This document shows positions 1 through 11,447 of a stretch of DNA of 64,000 bases, piece by piece. Made by a program: the position numbers and the translations under genes. The DNA comes from Octopus sinensis (Eukaryota). Each line of letters begins with the position of its first letter. The stretch's first letter is position 1. Location: contig NC_042999.1 of assembly GCF_006345805.1 (NCBI RefSeq), positions 65,410,001 to 65,474,000 of the forward strand. The letters run 5' to 3'. Below the pieces are notes generated by a model. That model saw only the letters and a list, made by a program, of their open reading frames with translations. It was not told where the DNA came from and made no database searches.

Positions 1-769
1 TGGACCGGAGCGTTGTCCTGCAGGAGGAGGATGACTTTGCTGATCTTGCCCCGCCTCTTGATTTTGATAACTTCTCTTAATTTCCTCAAAAGTGAAGCAT
101 AATAGGCTCCTGTAATTGTGGTACCCTTTGCCAGGAAATCTGTCATCACTACTCCGTCCTGGTCCTAGAAGACTGTGAGCATGACCTTGCCAACGGAGGG
201 CTGCACCCTTGCCTTCTTTGGAGGGGGTGAGTCACGGTGCTTCCACTGCATTGACTGGGCTTTGGTTTCTGGATCATCGTGATGGACCCAGGTTTCATCA
301 TGTGTAATCAGTCTTTTGAAAAATTTTGACTCATCTTTTTAGCACCTCTCCAAATTCACCCTCGAGCACTCGACGCGTTCTTGCTTCTGGAAAGGCGTGA
401 GCAACCTGGGAATCCATCTGGCAGACACCTTTTGCATATGCAAATGGTCATAAATGATAGTTTCCACAGATCCGGTACTAATCTTGACCTCATGGGCTAT
501 TTGGCGAATAATTATGCGTCGATCTTCCAAAATGGCAGCCTCAACTTGATGGACAGATGCCTCATCAATGGCAGAAGGGGGCGACCAGATCTGGGAGCTG
601 TTTCCACAGAGTTCCGACCATGTTTGAATTCACGATGCCAGCGTTTTACAAGGTCATATGATGGGGCATCATCACCATAAGTTACTTTCATTTCATCAAA
701 AGTCTCCCGTGGTGTGCGTCCTTTCAAATACAAAAACCGGATCACTGCTCGACACTCAACAGGCTCCAT
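1..769 (-). pseudogene. Mariner transposase pseudogene
   Basis: Manual translation gives MEPVECRAVIRFLYLKG..(HTH)..RSGRP / EDRRIII..WIPRLL..ITHDETW..KVMLTVF*D..LLQDNAPVH. Catalytic Asp codons are at ~297-299 and ~15-17. There is one frameshift in the G-run at 577-581 and in-frame stops at 339-341 (TAA) and 165-167 (TAG). Confidence 0.92.
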
Positions 770-936
770 TTCACACTTGACTCGGTTCAAACACCTGTAA
801 ATCAGAAACCACAATTAATTCAGAGCTGTAATTTGCCGCTTACTCTATAGAGATATAAATAATTGCACATGCAAAAGTTCAGCTAGATCAAACAAATGCA
901 AGTGGGTCAGAGGCATTACTTATTGAACGTCCCTCG
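1..936 (-). mobile_element. Mariner (Tc1/mariner) DNA transposon, 5' part; runs off the window start
   Basis: The minus strand begins CGAGGGACGTTCAATAAGTAATGCC (mariner-type TIR) next to a TA at 937-938, followed by a transposase reading frame. Confidence 0.93.
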
Positions 937-1075
937 TATATATCATTATGCCTATAAAATGGATTTACGAATTCAATAACCATACATGATTGATTGATTG
1001 ATTGATTCTAGTTTCAGCTTATGAGCTGTGGCCATGCTGGGGCACCGCCATTTGGTGTTGCTACTTGGTTTCACT

Positions 1076-4067
1076 TCATGGAGGCTTTCTAGCAACTGCT
1101 ATTTGGTGCATGAGAGAGTTCGATGCAGCTGCCCTCATCTGCCCCTCCTGCCGTGAAGTTGGTTCATCTGGGACACCTGACAGGAAGAGATCCAGCTTCA
1201 TTTTAAAGACATCTGTATCCACCCCATGCAGGTCTCTCAGGTTCTTCGGGAGGATATTGAAGAGCTGTGGGCCTCGGAAGCCCAGGCTATCACAGAATCT
1301 TGTCCTACATCTTGATGGCAGGTTTGGAGTCCTAGGCCCCACGCAGTGGCGCCCAGTTCTGGCATTTGCGTAACTCTCGATGCCAAAGTTCAGGACACTT
1401 CCCTCCAGGATCTTCCAGATGTATATTATGGCATATCTTTCCCGCCTACGCTCCAGAGAATATAATTTTAATCTCTTGAGTCTTTCCCAGTAGCTTACAT
1501 TCTGCATAGAGGCTATCTTCTTTGTGTAGCTTCGTTGGATCGCCTCAAGTTCTGTGATCAACTTGACACTGGATGGTGACCATAGCTGAGAGCAATAGTC
1601 AAAGTGGCTTAGGACAAGTGTCTTCCAGAGGACCATCATGGTTTTTTGTTCTCTTGTTCTAAAGGTTCTAAGAATCCATCCAGCCAGCCGTCTACATTTC
1701 ATTGTCAGTTTAGCAACATGTACATGAAAGGTCGCGTCATCACTCATGTGAATACCTAGGTCACGCACTGATTGTGCCTCTGGGATTGCAATCCCTCCGG
1801 GTCCAGTGTATTCATTGGGTATTGCATTCAGTTTTGCATGCTGATAGTATAAAGCTTGAAACTTCCAGCATTGAACTGCATGCTATTCTTTTCAGCCCAC
1901 TTGTATATTCGTCCAGCTCACATTGCAGGTGTTAGTGTCATCAGGGTTCTGTATTGCCTGTGAAACTTTTGTATCATCTGCATAACTTATGATCGTGGCT
2001 CTCTGCGTGGCTGAGGGCATGTCTGAGAGGGCCATTATGAACAGTAGTGGTCCCAGAACAGTGCCCTGCGGAACACCGCTCACTATTTGTGTGTTAATGG
2101 AGGTGGCCCCATTGGCTACTACCACCTGACTTCTATCCTTCAGAAAGTCATGAAGCCATTCTCCCAGTTTTCCAACTATGTTGAGATCACGCAGTTTGTG
2201 ACATATCATTCCATGATCGACTTTATCAAAGGCCTTGCAAAGTCGAGATATATCACTTCCACATTTGAGTGGTTGAGCAGCCGTTTCAGCACCCAGTCAT
2301 AGTGTTGTAGGAGCTGAGTTAAACAGCTTCTCCCTGGTCGGAAACCATGTTGGGTGTCGGGCAGCAAGTCATTCTCTTCAAGGAAGGTGATCAGCTTCCT
2401 TCTGACTATTCGTTCCATGACCTTGCTGATGTGTGAGGTCAGAGAGATAGGTCTATAGTTCTTGGCTTCCGCTCTGCTACCTCCTTTATGAATGGGGCAT
2501 ATTTTACCTTCCTTCAGTTTTCCTGGAAGTTTGCCAGCTGCAAGGAAGCTCTGAAAGAGGAACTGCAGTGGTCTTGCTAGGACTCTCTTACATGATTTTA
2601 GGAGGATTGCCGGGAATCCATCGGGGCCAGTAGCTGAGTCTGTTTTCATTTCATCTATAGCCTTGGTTACATCGTCTTCCTTTATATCGATGTAATCTAT
2701 CGTCGCCGCCTCTGATTTTATATCTGCAGTGGTAAAAAAGTCAGTTGGATTGGTGATTTGGAGATGCCCAAGGGGTGGAGTGAAAACACTCTTGAATTGC
2801 TCATTCAGTATTTCACTTACCCTCATTGGTTTTCCTGTAAGTGTGCCATCCTTTTCGAGGAGTGGCCCTATTCTACAGTGCACTGTAGCTGTTTCTTTGG
2901 CATACCTGTAGAAAGCTCTGGGGTTAGATTTTATGTTTTCTATAGCCCAGGCTTCTTTGTCTGCTCTTTCTTTTTCATGGGAGAGTTGCAGACATTTTTC
3001 GATTTCCAACAGTTTTATTTTTAGGCGGGACTTTTCACTGCTTTCAATCTGTTTGTTTAGGCGATTTGAAAATTTCGTACGCCGTCTCATTAAAATTTTC
3101 CTCTCTCTGGGGATTTTGTTCTTGTGTACAGTGGCCTTTCTCTCTGGGACACATTTGTAGCATATGGCTTGCATTACAGACATGAATTGTTGAAGTTTCA
3201 CGTCGATGTCTGGCGAGGAGAGACATTTAGGCCAGTTTTGTTTGAGGATCTCTTTCTCAATTTGTTTCCAGTTTGCCTTATGGTAGTTCAAGCTGGAAAG
3301 ATTTTGAGGGTTTCTTGTAGGCTGCATGTCCGTGCTCTCTTTTGGCCCGTACATGGTCAGCTCTATCATGTTGTGATCCGAGAGTAGTGTCGGTGTCACT
3401 TTCACATTATGGATGAGATCCATGTCATTTGTGAAGCAGAGATCCAGTGTGTTACCTGCCCTGGTTGGTTGGAGTATTACCTGCTCCATGTACAGGTGTT
3501 GATGAGGTTCAGGAGGGACCTCGCCTGTCCTCGTTCACATCTTGTCATTCCTGGGAGAGAAAGGCCCTCGGGCCATCTGACATTGGGCAGATTGAAGTCT
3601 CCCATAAGAAGCACACCTATGTGTTGCTCTAATGTGGTTAGAATTTCTTCTATTTTTATAAGGCAGTCTTCAAACTTGCCCACATGGCTTGGGGCATCTG
3701 GAGGGCGATATGTAGCACACACAACTACATCAAGTTGCCTAATATGTACAATTAGTGTGTCACACACCGAGTTTGAGTATGACAAGAGGACCTGGGGTGT
3801 GAGGTCCTCACGGATGTACATAGCAACACCTCCATGACTCCTTTCTTTCCTGTCGGTCCGTAGTACAGCATACTGTGGTATGTGTAACTCCGCATCTGCT
3901 ATGTCCGGTTTCAGGTGCGTTTCTGTAAGTGCTATGCATAAGGCTTGATTGCATGCAACAAAGTCTCTCAGGAACGGGATCTTTGTCCTGTTACTGAGTG
4001 TTTGCAGTCCTCTGATGTTCAGTAGGAGTATCGAGGTGAGGTGTACGTTGTTGCCGGCGGTGTCCAT
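1076..4067 (-). CDS. LINE ORF2 (APE endonuclease + reverse transcriptase); split by five 1-nt frameshifts in this assembly, ~998 aa when repaired
   Basis: ORFs 3477-4175 (LLNIRGL, LTETHL, GDFNLP), 2206-3489 (ATGPDG, NYRPISLTS, QHGFR, YLDFA), 1892-2209 (GVPQGTVLGP, YADD) and 1076-1768 (RDLG, RRERY) join after +1 nt at ~3495, 2235, 1932, 1908 and 1863. There is no internal stop codon. Confidence 0.9.
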
Positions 4068-4927
4068 CCTGTGTCTGTTTGCTGTGGTGGTCTGGTATAT
4101 AGTGGGTAGTCCCACCTGCGGGCTTGGGTTTGATGAAGCCAGGTCAGCTGCTGTACAATCTTTTGTGCCATGCACAAAAAAGATTGTTGCTCAGCAGCTG
4201 CTCTTTCGACATCATGTTGGCTGTTTGTGGCGCGCACAACATCTGCGTACCTCCGTTTTGGGGCAGGTGGTGCGTGGTCCATCCCTTTTCTTTGTGTTGA
4301 TGGTTTGTCCATCTGCCTCGTGTCTCTGTGGCAGGGTCCCCGATGTGCAAAGCGGCAGCCTGCACCTTCCTTTCCATGCCAGCAGGAACCTCTCAGGTAG
4401 AACATACACACCCGTGTGCGCTGTTTGGTTCCATCCTTTGCGGTTCCACTTCTATTTCTGGTTGTTTCACACTTTGGTCCTGCTTGAGCTTTTTCTTTTC
4501 CTTTAGCTCTTCCAGTCCTTCTTTTAGTTCTTCTTCCTCCCTCTACCTCTTCACCGGGTTCTCCGTCTCCATGGCCCTTGCTGCCGGTTGGAGAACTTGC
4601 ACCTGGGTTCACTTCCCGGGCAGGTTTCTCATTCAAAACCTCCTCCCGGGCGTCCACCAGGTGGGGGTGACTTCTTTCATCGTCTCCATTCTTGCCATCT
4701 TTGCTCCGCTCGTTCTCAAAGATGGCATCAAGTGCGCCAATGTGCGACCGTACAAGCGCATATGAGCGCACGAATTCCTGTCTCTTTCGCTCCATCTGAG
4801 CCGCTGTCCTCTTGTAGCCTCTGCTCTTCAGCGCAGCCGCAATCACCTCCCTAGGGCTATCTCCGCCGGCGCACTCCCATGCTCGTACGAATAAATCCAG
4901 CTCGTCACGTCTCCATGCTCTGGACAT
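4019..4927 (-). CDS. LINE ORF1, 302 aa, with N-terminal Myb/SANT-like motif and a C-x7-C-x8-C-x3-H zinc finger
   Basis: Uninterrupted ORF directly upstream of ORF2. It contains CMFYLRGSCWHGKEGAGCRFAH, and its N-terminus is WRRDELDLFVRAW..IAAALKSRGYKRTAAQMERKRQEFVRSY. Confidence 0.88.
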   Translation of the reverse strand: MSRAWRRDELDLFVRAWECAGGDSPREVIAAALKSRGYKRTAAQMERKRQEFVRSYALVRSHIGALDAIFENERSKDGKNGDDERSHPHLVDAREEVLNEKPAREVNPGASSPTGSKGHGDGEPGEEVEGGRRTKRRTGRAKGKEKAQAGPKCETTRNRSGTAKDGTKQRTRVCMFYLRGSCWHGKEGAGCRFAHRGPCHRDTRQMDKPSTQRKGMDHAPPAPKRRYADVVRATNSQHDVERAAAEQQSFLCMAQKIVQQLTWLHQTQARRWDYPLYTRPPQQTDTGWTPPATTYTSPRYSY

Positions 4928-4989
4928 GCTGGATAATCCGTCTATCCGTTTATCTATCTAATTATGTTCGAGAGAAGACAGGAAGATAT

Positions 4990-6128
4990 TAAGGCCAATT
5001 AGAAAAAGAAATAAAAGTACTTGAAAAAGAAATATTAACAATATTAAAGTTTGTGTAAAAACGTTATTTGGGTAAAAACGTTATTTAATCTTAAGGCTAA
5101 TTAGGGGATAGAGTATCTGAAAATGTATTAGCAATATTAATATTATATTAGAGTGTGGATAAAAACGTTGTTTAATCTTAAGGCTAATTAGGAGATAGAG
5201 TATCTGAAAATATATTAGCAATATTAATATTATATTAGAGTGTGGGTAATATTAAACGTTATTTAATTAATCTTAAGGCTAATTAGAAGATAGAGTATCT
5301 GAAAATATATAGCAATATTAATATTATATTAGAGTGTGGGTAATATTAAACGTTATTTAATTTAATCTTAAGGCTAATTAGAAGATAGTGTATCTGAAAA
5401 TATATTAGCAATATTAATATTATATTAGAGTGTGGATAAAAACGTTATTTAATCTTAAGGCTAATCAGGAGATAGAGTATCTGAAAATATATTAGCAATA
5501 TTAATATTATATTAGAGTGTGGGTAATATTAAACGTTATTTAATTTAATCTTAAGGCTAATTAGAAGATAGAGTATCTGAAGATTTATTAACAATATTAA
5601 AACAATATTAAACGTTATTTAATTTAATCTTAAGGCTAATTAACAGTAATTATTAACAATATTAAACAATGTTAAACGTTATTTAATTTAATCCTAAGGC
5701 TAATTAACAATAATTATTAACAATATTAAACGTTATTTAATTTAATCCTAAGGCTAATTAGACGTTTTTAATATTAAACGTTATTTAATTTAATCTTAAG
5801 GCTAATTAGAAGATAGAGTATCTGAAAAATTATTAACAATATTAAAACAATATTAAACGTTATTTAATTTAATCTTAAGGCTAATTAACAATAATTATTA
5901 ACAATATTAAACAATATTAAACGTTATTTAATTTAATCCTAAGGCTAATTTGACGGTATCAATATTAAACGTTATTTAATTTAATCTTAAGGCTAATTAA
6001 CAATAATTATTAACAATATTAAACAATATTAAACGTTATTTAATTTAATCCTAAGGCTAATTTGACGGTATCAATATTAAACGTTATTTAATTTAATCTT
6101 AAGGCTAATTAGAAGATAGAGTATCTGG
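4990..6128. repeat. Modular tandem array in the LINE 5'UTR
   Basis: 15 complete and 1 partial copies of AACGTTATTTAA(TTTAA)TC(T/C)TAAGGCTAATT at ~5060-6110, plus a degenerate copy near 4990. They are separated by a small set of re-used spacers. Confidence 0.92.
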
Positions 6129-6159
6129 AAAATTATTATATCGAGAACAGTTATTGAAA

Positions 6160-6196
6160 ATGTAAACAAACAAAATGACGATCGCAACTTTAACTA
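6160..6196 (-). promoter_or_regulatory. Putative internal Pol II promoter / 5' terminus of the LINE
   Basis: The minus strand reads TTAGTT (initiator-like), then GTCATTTTG (YY1-like) and TGTTTAC (forkhead-like). This is motif resemblance only. Confidence 0.35.
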
Positions 6197-6669
6197 AGAT
6201 GTGGGCCTAAGTGAAAGATAAAATAGAATAATAAATAAAATATGTAATAGATGAAATTGATACTTAATCCAACAATGTGGTCTGGATTATTTTTTTTGGT
6301 TTACGGGATTTTTTTCAGGAGAGATACTTCTTTTTTCTTTCTTGCAGGAGATAACTTGATTCAGTTATTTTTGCACCATGTGCGTTTCGGCGATAATGAA
6401 AATTACTGTGTATATGTATATATTTATATATATATTTTTTTATATTTTTAAACCAAAGTGTTGTAGTGATCTCTATGACTTAGAGTTTTACGTTTTGCAA
6501 CTACAGTGGGTTATTTCGCCGTTCTATGCAAACTTTTTCACAGAGCAAAGGCAATCACGTCTTTCTCTGCTGAAAACGGAACCGGATATATATCTTACAT
6601 ATATTTTCTTTCTTTCACCTCACTCTCTATTTGTATCACATCGAAACTAACTATGACTAAGGGATATTA

Positions 6670-6772
6670 TTAATTAATATTCTAGAAACAGCTGTAAGAC
6701 CTTCTATCTATAAATGTTCTAATATCTATACAGCCTTGGTTTTTTCTTATCTCCTTATGTAAAAAATTCATA
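6670..6772 (+). repeat. Short dispersed repeat ending in (TA)n; second copy at ~8300-8385
   Basis: GAAA(C/T)AGCTGTAAGACCT..TATAAATGTTCTAA..ACAGCCTTGGTTTTTT is shared by both loci and each runs into (TA)n. Likely a PLE-type 3' tail (inference). Confidence 0.6.
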
Positions 6773-6806
6773 TATATATATCTATCTATCTATCTATCTA
6801 TATATA

Positions 6807-6861
<55 letters not shown>

Positions 6862-7567
6862 TAACTTCACGGAGAGAGCGCACTATTCTGTTATTGGTAG
6901 GATCAACAAAGACGTAATTCACCTATCCCCTCGGTGAGAGATAAATATCGTTTCTACGTGCTTATTAAATTACATATATACATACATACATACATTCATA
7001 CGCATGTGTATATACATATCCACATTCATATACACGTACGTTTGTGCCTATGTGTCTGCGTGTGTGTATGTGTGTATGTTAGAATTTGCGTGTGTGTGTG
7101 GACCCACGATTGTGTGTAAATGGGTGAAATGTATTGGTGAGGTCCGGCGTTAAAATAAATATCTCGAAACTTCTTGTTAGGGATCAGATATGGTGTAGGC
7201 GATTAAGCACCTGGATATACAACCACGTTGTTCTGATTCTGATTGCCTTTCATGATATCTTTTTTTTATATGTTCTCTTTTTCAAGAAGATGTTGACAAA
7301 GCCTTCCCAAGGAACTTGCATAAGTGGAAACAGAAAAATCGATAGATGTACCGTATCTATTTCTGTTCGGTGAACTTAAACCGGTATAATTGTGTCTTGA
7401 GAGGATCATCTCTCTTGCAAGCATTTGTACCAGCTTTGAGGATAACCTATGATTCGTGGTTTCCTCTTCTGTTCCTCTCACCAGAAACATAGACCTAGAA
7501 AATAGTTGTCTGTCCATCATCTCATAAAAAAAAAAATTATATATATGAATAATAGGTGCAGACGTCG

Positions 7568-7711
7568 CTGTATTAAGAAGGTTGCTTGCCTACAACACGG
7601 TTCCAGTTTTAGTCCCACTGCGTTGCACCTTGGGCAAGTATCTTGGGTCGCCCAAAGACTTGTGAGTAGATTTGGTAGACGGAAACTGGAAGAAGCTCGT
7701 CGTATATATAT
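7568..7711 (+). mobile_element. tRNA-derived SINE, family A (5' part)
   Basis: Contains AGTCCCACTGCGTTGCACCTTGGGCAAGT...GATTTGGTAGACGGAAACTG. Homologous to 10664, 29110 and 30549. Confidence 0.8.
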
Positions 7712-7749
7712 AGAACAAAATAGAATGAAAAAAACTACAGGAGACTGGT

Positions 7750-8060
7750 ATCATATGGTTAAATAAGAAATTTAAATCGTCATGTTACGAAGATGTAATA
7801 AAATTTTGCGTGTAGCGACATTGTTTTTGGAGAGTTCCAAGTAGGGAGAGGTAATCAGGGATTTTTTCGGTGAAAAATGTTGGGAATGATTAGGGTTTAT
7901 TAATTTAACAGAATTTGGTTTTGATAGAATAAAATGTTATAAGTGGTTAAATTTTGCTTTATATTTTTTGATGCGGTAAGTTTCCTTATTTAAAAATGCT
8001 AGAAATGGTTACTTTATGGCTTAGATAAGGAAACCTACTTCATTGAAAGTTCGAATAACA
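7750..8060 (-). mobile_element. Degenerate Penelope-like 3' fragment
   Basis: The minus strand encodes NKETYRIKKYKAKFN, resembling the endonuclease C-termini of the PLE copies at ~23.0 kb and ~27.0 kb. Confidence 0.4.
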
Positions 8061-8221
8061 AATTAGATATGTTAAGAAATGTAAGGCTCTGTTATGTCTG
8101 AGTACACCCAAAACACACACACACACTGACTGACACTCACACACGTATATAAATAAATGTGCGTGTATATATATATTTATACACACACACACACGCACCA
8201 CACACACACACACACACACAT

Positions 8222-8285
<64 letters not shown>

Positions 8286-8448
8286 AAGGGATATAATAAA
8301 TATTTTGGAAATAGCTGTAAGACCTATTTATAAATGTTCTAAAATTTTCACAGCCTTGGTTTTTTATCTCATTCTGAAAAAGTTATATATATATATATAA
8401 GACAAGATGAAATATATATGATAAGTATGGATATCTCTCTTTTTCTAT

Positions 8449-8519
<71 letters not shown>

Positions 8520-9589
8520 GGATGGATGGAGAAATACTCAATTTTACTTTTTCAGCCTTTACACCTACCATTATTCGGAATTTGTGTTTGTGCACGTAGG
8601 AGAAAGTTCTAGCTTGAACATGCATGTAAATTATTAGATAGATTACACTTCGACTTTCTACTATTACAGATGTGCCCAAAGGGGTTGGAATTAAATTATA
8701 GGAAAGTCCACCAAAGCAACCGGGCACACATAGTGCAGAGGAAGTGACAGCACCGACATCACCACCACTGATTGCAACATTTGGCAGCAGTATTCAGATT
8801 TAATACTTTCATTACACTTTCTTTTAGCTTTCAAATCGAATGGAGCATAATTTTGTTTATTTGACGTAATTGCTGTCTCAGAATTGTGCGTAATGGGTTA
8901 TTTATACCGGAGAGAACTGTGTGACGAGAGCAATTATTTATCATTCGGTATTTTGATGGCAGTGAAGGCTGGACACTTATTATATCCCTGGGACTAATGT
9001 TACTGGCAACGCAAGTTCAAAGATCCAATTTTCAAAGATATATATATATATAGAGAGAGAAATAGAAAGTATAGTGAGCTGAAAAAAGGGGAAAGAGAAT
9101 AGAGAAATAATAACAGATATTGAGATTACGAAGAGAGATGAAAGTTGAATACAAACATATAGGTATGTATGTACGTATGTGTAAGTGTGTAAGCACTGAG
9201 AGAGAGAGAGACAGAGAGAAAGAGATGTACGGGTGTACAAACACACACACATACTTACCCACACATATAAACATATAAATGTAGGTATATATGCCTCTAA
9301 TCTATATAAAACCATATATCTATATACATGCACATATTTATGCATATATATGCGTATGTATGTATATACGCATATATGCATACAGTATATGTATACATAT
9401 ATATATATGCATACAGTATATGTATATATATATAGTATATGTATATATACATATGATATGTCTATATATATATATATATATAGCATACGTATATATACAA
9501 ATAGCACATATATACTGTGACTTATACGTATATGTATAGACACACATATATATATATATATTATATATATATAAACACACACACGCAGC

Positions 9590-9714
<125 letters not shown>

Positions 9715-10304
9715 GTGAAGCGAGATGAGAAAGGAAAAAAACAGCAAGTAAGTGTTTCGACCTGAGGAGCCTGCGCTGATATAATGCAGCTTTGTCAGGC
9801 TTGGATTTAACGATCGGGAATTTGGTTCAATTATCTTTGTAAGGCAGCGCATACACACACGCGCTTCTACTATGAGATAAGTGCGCGCATATGCATACTC
9901 TAGTATGCGTTGATCCACACAACTAAACACAGATAATTTCAGACGGACATAGCAACATTTATATACGTTGCCACATACGCAAACACATTCGTATGACCGC
10001 TTCATTTTTCATCCACACATCCCTGCACATCATACACATGTCTGTGTGCTATATACATATCGCCTATTGTTGTATGTCTTCTTATGATCACTGCGAAATT
10101 AAAAGTGAGTGAAATGCATTAACTAGTGTGTCGGAGTAGAAAGGGAGACAAATATGTTTGTGTGTGTGTGTGTGTGTATGTGCATGTGTGCGTTTATATA
10201 TACATACACACACATATATATATATACACCACACATATTTACGTATATACATACATATATATATATACATATATATATATACATATACATATATTTATTT
10301 TCTC

Positions 10305-10450
10305 TCCCTGTTTATTTCTCTGGTCCTTTCAGTCGAAGAGCGTAGGCTCGAAACATAGAGACCTTCTTACTTCCCGAGCGTTAAACTGATACATCTGTTC
10401 GTTGTTTACATACCTGCCATCGTCTTTTGTTTTTTTTTGTAAATTCACAC
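10305..10450 (+). mobile_element. Short PLE-type tail with degenerate hammerhead motif, ending in (TA)n
   Basis: CAGTCGA-A-GAGC-gtag-GCTC-GAAA-CATA at 10330-10357. Homologous to 23420-23555. Confidence 0.55.
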
Positions 10451-10663
10451 TATATACATATATACATACATATATATTTATATATATACACACACACGTA
10501 TATATGTATGTATATATATAACTCACACCATAAAATATATATATAATTAAATATGCTTAAGTATACATGGATATATTTACATATATATATGTACGTGTTT
10601 GTGTGTGCATATATGTGTGTGTCTATATATATATATATATCTATATATATATACATATCAATA

Positions 10664-10822
10664 GGCGCAGGCCTGGCTGCGTGGTAAGAAGATTGCTTCC
10701 CAACCACATGGCTCCGGATTCAGTCTCACTGCGTGGCACTTTGGGCAAATGTCTTCTACTAGAGCCACGGACCAATCAGGGCCTTGTGAGTGCTTTTGGT
10801 AGACGAGAACTGAATTACGTCA
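10664..10822 (+). mobile_element. tRNA-derived SINE, family A (head); matching tail at ~11635-11762
   Basis: Head GGCGCAGG..GGCTGCGTGGTAAG..GGATTCAGTCTCACTGCGTGGCAC. Tail GGTTCGGCAAAAG..TAGGCTTACAAA..GTCAAATGACTGAAA. Confidence 0.8.
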
Positions 10823-10930
10823 TTCGTAAACTTTAAAGGTACTTTAATATGCTACCACTTTGAGTGAAATTTTTTCTGAAAAAGATTTTTTATCCGATGT
10901 TAGTAGTATATATATATATGTATACATGTG

Positions 10931-11150
10931 ATGGCGCATGGCTTAGTGATTACGATCGTGAGGGTGTGACTTCGATTCCCGGACCGGGCTGGTGTTGTAT
11001 TCTTCAGCACGAGACTTTATTTCACGTTGCTCCAGTTAATTCAGGTGTAGAAATGAGTTGCGACATCACTGGTGTCAAGCTGTATCGGCCTTTGCCTCAG
11101 AGGGTAACTTTCTAGGTGCAATCCCATGGTCATTCATGACAGAAGCGGGG
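10931..11150 (+). mobile_element. tRNA-derived SINE, family B
   Basis: A-box TGGCTTAGTG, B-box-like TTCGATTCC and core GACTTTATTTCACGTTGCTCCAGTT. A minus-strand relative lies at ~40870-41030. Confidence 0.7.
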
Positions 11151-11187
11151 TCTCCTCCTCCTATATATATATGCATACAAAGGACAG

Positions 11188-11270
<83 letters not shown>

Positions 11271-11272
<2 letters not shown>

Positions 11273-11447
11273 GGAGTACACACCTAAATGTGAAACAAGG
11301 TGGAAAAAAGAGTACTCAAATACCAGTGGTAGAGTAATATGCTTTATTTAAAGCATCGGACAGTTTTCTAGCAAAAACTGTCCGATGAACGGCAACGGGA
11401 AACTCAGAGTAACAGGTTTTGTTGAATTTTCTGCTGCTTTAAAAAAA

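Larger units (their letters stand above)
987..6196 (-). mobile_element. Full-length CR1/L2-group non-LTR retrotransposon (LINE), ~5.2 kb
   Basis: Minus-strand order is 5' end with TTAGTT...GTCATTTTGTTTGTTTACAT (~6196-6160), tandem-repeat 5'UTR, ORF1, APE-RT ORF2, short 3'UTR and a (TCAA)n tail at 987-1007. The exact 5' boundary is inferred. Confidence 0.92.

Noticed and set aside
381-4854. Plus-strand ORFs overlapping the mariner and LINE (e.g. 3949-4506, 3409-3837)
   Set aside because: They are antisense shadows of GC-richer coding frames with no recognisable motifs.
5057-6128. True CRISPR array
   Set aside because: Spacers are re-used and variable in length, there are no cas genes, and the context is a eukaryotic LINE 5'UTR.
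6348-6410. Possible exon after TTTCTTGCAG
   Set aside because: It has a good acceptor but no convincing donor or recognisable peptide.
7266-7520. 84-aa minus-strand ORF as a host exon
   Set aside because: No recognisable homology and weak splice signals.
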